NCBI RefSeq assembly: GCF_001194135.2 | Contig: NC_069000.1 | Span: 43,877,223-43,938,924 of the forward strand | Direction: 5' to 3' | DNA: 61,702 nt | Origin: Octopus bimaculoides | Lineage: Eukaryota | Shown: one piece after another, positions 57,753-61,702 of the stretch | Position numbering within the stretch: the first letter of the stretch is position 1 | Layout: every line of letters begins with the position of its first letter | Notes under the pieces: generated by a model | Seen by the model: the letters and a program-made list of their open reading frames with translations, nothing else | Told to the model about the DNA's origin: nothing | Databases searched by the model: none | Translations under genes and position numbers: made by a program

Positions 57753-60700
57753 TATGTGGGCACAGGACGTCATGAAACATGTACAACAAAAAAATATGAA
57801 GCATGAGTATATGGAACATGAACTGTTCTTTCGAACAACAAAAAACGCAAATGGAAAACAAAACATACGACATAAAGAACGACCCTTCATCAATTGTTGG
57901 CTGTTTTTCTAGTCTTGTATTTTGAGCATTTAACAACAATATACACTTTCGATAAAACAGTTGCTCCCGCAAAGCCAATTAAATAAAATTTGGGATTTTG
58001 TGGAGGGTTAAAATAGGTAACAAAAACAGGAAAGTGAAAACAAACAGGAAGGGCTGCTAAGCCTAAACGAGGTTGTGGTGGCGAACGCGTAAATCAAGCT
58101 GGGACAGGAGACAGACAAGAACATGTCTTCCTTGTTCTAGCTATAACAGAGAGAAAGAAAGAAACACAAGTTAGGAGAAGAAAGATGGCCAATGGTCACG
58201 TGGGAGCCACGTGAGCAAGGGAGGAGTGAGGGTGAGAGACATGAAACGTGTACAACAAAAAAGTACGAAGCATTATTCTTTTATTGTTTTCAGTCATTTG
58301 GCTGTGGCCATGCTGGAGCACCGCCTTTAGTTGAACAAACCAACCCCAGGACTTATTCTTTGTTAGCAAAGTATTTATTCTATCGATTACTTTCAGACTA
58401 CCATAAAAAACACATTTTTACCGAACGCGAGGAAATGCAACTCATATATACACACACACCCACAGATATATTTACATAGAGTATAAAAAACACAATACTA
58501 TTTCACACACTCACACACATGTACACATATATATAAACATATACAAACAGTCACACACACATGCATGTATGTACATTTATTTATACATGTGCATGTAACC
58601 TAGTTATTTTGTAGAACTGGCCTCATTGTTTATCTTACAAAATCTATTTTGTTGATTTTTATCTGGAAGGAAAGCATTGCACTACATTTGCCGTAGACTA
58701 TAGCACAAGACTGATCAACGAGCCTCTGTGTTGTCAATCAATCCTGTGGAATTAGCATAATTAATTAATTAAGGAAAAATAATGAATATTATATTTCTCC
58801 TCAACACAGAGACTCTGAAAAAAAAAAAGTGAACAGGATGGTCATGTGTGAAATGTCTTTGATGCGAGACTTGTTTGTTCCATGATAACCAAGGGCTAAA
58901 CAGTTGCAACTTTGCACTGCTCCAAGACTGGTTACCAGACCACGCCAGACTCTGCCAGACCCTGCCAGACCCTGCCTCCCCTCTCTTCTGAACTACATCT
59001 GCTGCAATGCACTACTACATCTCATCTGAGCCAACCAACAAGGGGCGTTTCTGCATACTGACTCAACATGCTATACATAACAGTCAAATCTCCTTTCAGT
59101 CATACCATGTTGGAAGAAAGACTTGTTGAATAGAAATAATTCTGGATACCCTGTGGGTGGGAAACAGTCAGGAACGTCATGGTTGGAATACCTTTGATTT
59201 TATGAGTTAAATGAAATGTAACTACAATTTGTAAGACAGGATTCATCATCATCGTCGTTTAACGTCCGCTTTCCATGCTAGCATGGGTTGGATAATTTGA
59301 CTGAGGACTGGTGAACCAGATGGCTGCACCAGACTCCAATCTGATTTGGCAGAGTTTCTACAGCTGGATGCCCTTCCTAACGCCAACCACTCCAAGAGTG
59401 TAGTGGGTGCTTTTACGTGCCACCAGCACAAAGGCCAGTCAGGCGGTACTGGTGATGGCCAGGCAGTACTGGCAACGTATAATCATCATCATCATCATTT
59501 AACGTCGATTTGGGCTGAATGTTTTGACAGGATTTGATAAACTGTACAGCCGTGTCAAGTCCCCATGTCAGGTTTGGTATGGTTCTTATGGCTGGATGCC
59601 CTTCCTAATGCCAACCACTTTACACAATGTACTGGGTACTTTTCTCATGCTACCAACACTAGTAAGGCTGCTAAGTTACAAAGTAAGAAAAGAAAGGAAT
59701 ATGAAGAAAGAAAAAAAGTAGGGGGGGAAAAGGGAAAAAAAACCTTGACTATATGGGGTGGGATTGTATTTGAGAGGGTGAGGGGCTATGGTCTAAGCCA
59801 GGTGTTAAGAGGTTAGAGTGGAATAACAAACCTTGGCAGCTTAGAATTAATTGAAGCAAAGAATATATTTCACAAGAAATATGGTAACAAAAGTAGAAAC
59901 ATCTCCCATCAAAATTTCATATCAATTTATGTCTCAAACACCAGATCATTAAAGCCTACTAAATTCTTTGTTTTTTTGCAAAATTAATTGAACTCAAGGT
60001 AGATAATTACAACCCAAAACATGGTAACAAAACAACTGATACAAAATTCATAAGCTTTAATTTTATGAAAGTCAACCACTTAATTAGCTCAAAAAAAAAA
60101 AATTAAATTAAAAGTACATTTCATGCCACAACAAAAAAAAAAAAGAATGAAAAACAAAACACAATTTCAACTCTACCTATTAATTATCTTGATTATTTGT
60201 AGCTGTTCAGAGATTTAATTGTTATCTCAGATCTCTGAATATTCAGGTGTAAAGGCTGGTTTATATCTTAGCAACAAAGATGTTCTGAGGAAACCATATC
60301 TTTTACCTTGTGTTTCAGTCGTTCAGTTGTGGCCATACTGGGGCATTGCCTTGAAGTGTTTAGTGAAATGAATTGAGCCCCAGTACTGTTCTTTTTTTTT
60401 GTTTTATTTTGTCCTTCTAAGCCTGGTTGTTTTTGCTGAATCACTAAGTTACAGGAACATAAACCAACAGTGGTTGTCAAGCAATTAGGTGGAACAAACA
60501 CAGACAAAAAAGCCACACATATAGATATTTGGCTTGTGAAGATTTCTCAAGCCAAGTGGAATTGTAGTGGTGGCCATTGCTGGTGTTACATAACTGGCAC
60601 CGATGCCTGTGGCACAAAACCAGCACCTGTGCCAGTGGAATGCGAAAAGCACCCATTATGTTCTTGGAGTGGTTGACACTAGGAAGGGCATCCAGCCGCA

Positions 60701-61488
60701 GACACCATCTACCAGATCCACTGATAAGCCCTTGGTCAGCCTGAGGCTATAATAGAAGACTCTCAGCCAAGGTGCCATGCAGTGGGACTGAACTCAAGAC
60801 CACGTGGTTGGGGGTAAAAAGTTGCTTGAACACACAGCTATGTCTGTGCCCACACTGGGCTAAAAGTGGCCATCTCTACTTTTGGGGATTGCTTGTTCCA
60901 CGAAAAACAACATGAAAGGCAAGTTCGGCCTCAGCAGAATCTGAACCCAGAACATAACAACTTATGAAATATCACTAGGCACTTTCTCTGGCAGACTAAC
61001 AATTCAGCCATTTAGCTGCCTTAACTGTGTATGTATATATTGCCAAAAAGAGACACAGGGTTATGAGTTACCTGATCAACAGGTGCTTTGAACAAAAATT
61101 ACTTATTTATTGCAAACAACTGCAAAGGCACAACATTACCACTCTCACCTTCTAAGGTACAGTAAACATTCAATTGGTCCATTTACTAACCCATAAATGC
61201 TGACGCCATCAGTTACCGATAACAACATATGATATAAAAGAAAAATAAAAGCAACCATAGAGAAAAAAGTGAATGAAATACTAATCTTAGTTTTTTTTTG
61301 TTTTTTTTTAATTTTTAATCTATTCAATCTCTGATCCTCTGATACACGAAATGTAAACTTTGTAAGTGATTTAGGTCTGTCCATTATCAAATAAGAATGA
61401 AAACAGGGTGCGGAAATATAAGGTTATTTTAAAAGGGTAGAAAAAAAAATGTATTTATGAGTAATGAATATTGTATGACACATATATA

Positions 61489-61532
<44 letters not shown>

Positions 61533-61548
61533 CAGGCAGACATATATA

Positions 61549-61581
<33 letters not shown>

Positions 61582-61702
61582 GTGTCAATACACAAAAATC
61601 TCACACTCTGACTCACTCTGTTGCTTCTGTTAAATATTAATAAAAATATACAAATACTCATATCTGGAGTTTTATTTTACCTGTTTGCATCAACATACCT
61701 GT

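Overview
AT-rich, gap-containing eukaryotic genomic DNA. The SINE/RTE/MITE repertoire and dense TA/CA/AAT microsatellites point to a coleoid cephalopod, most likely Octopus (inference). The only host gene I can support is a minus-strand, long-form (TMD0-containing) ABCC/MRP1-like ABC transporter from 54107 to the stop at 20821. I traced 29 coding exons by hand; all have canonical AG/GT ends and mutually consistent phases, giving about 1,550 aa if the gap-interrupted exon is 177 nt. The first coding exon could not be identified, and the NBD1 Q-loop exon lies mostly inside an N gap (only 21 nt visible). The ATPase motifs are intact, but several near-invariant MRP residues differ (equivalents of human MRP1 F594, P1150, Y1243, W1246, R1249, E1253, and NBD2 'LFSG'), suggesting a functional paralog with altered substrate specificity. 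Bases 1-20.8 kb and all introns hold decayed repeats: tRNA-derived SINEs, RTE and CR1-group LINE fragments, mariner/pogo/piggyBac-type DNA elements and minisatellites. There are also several relics of Penelope-type minimal hammerhead ribozymes and several intronic fold-back hairpins. No rRNA, true tRNA gene or CRISPR array is supported. Exon numbers assume one unseen first exon; repeat boundaries are approximate; human MRP1 numbering and exon sizes are from memory and should be verified.
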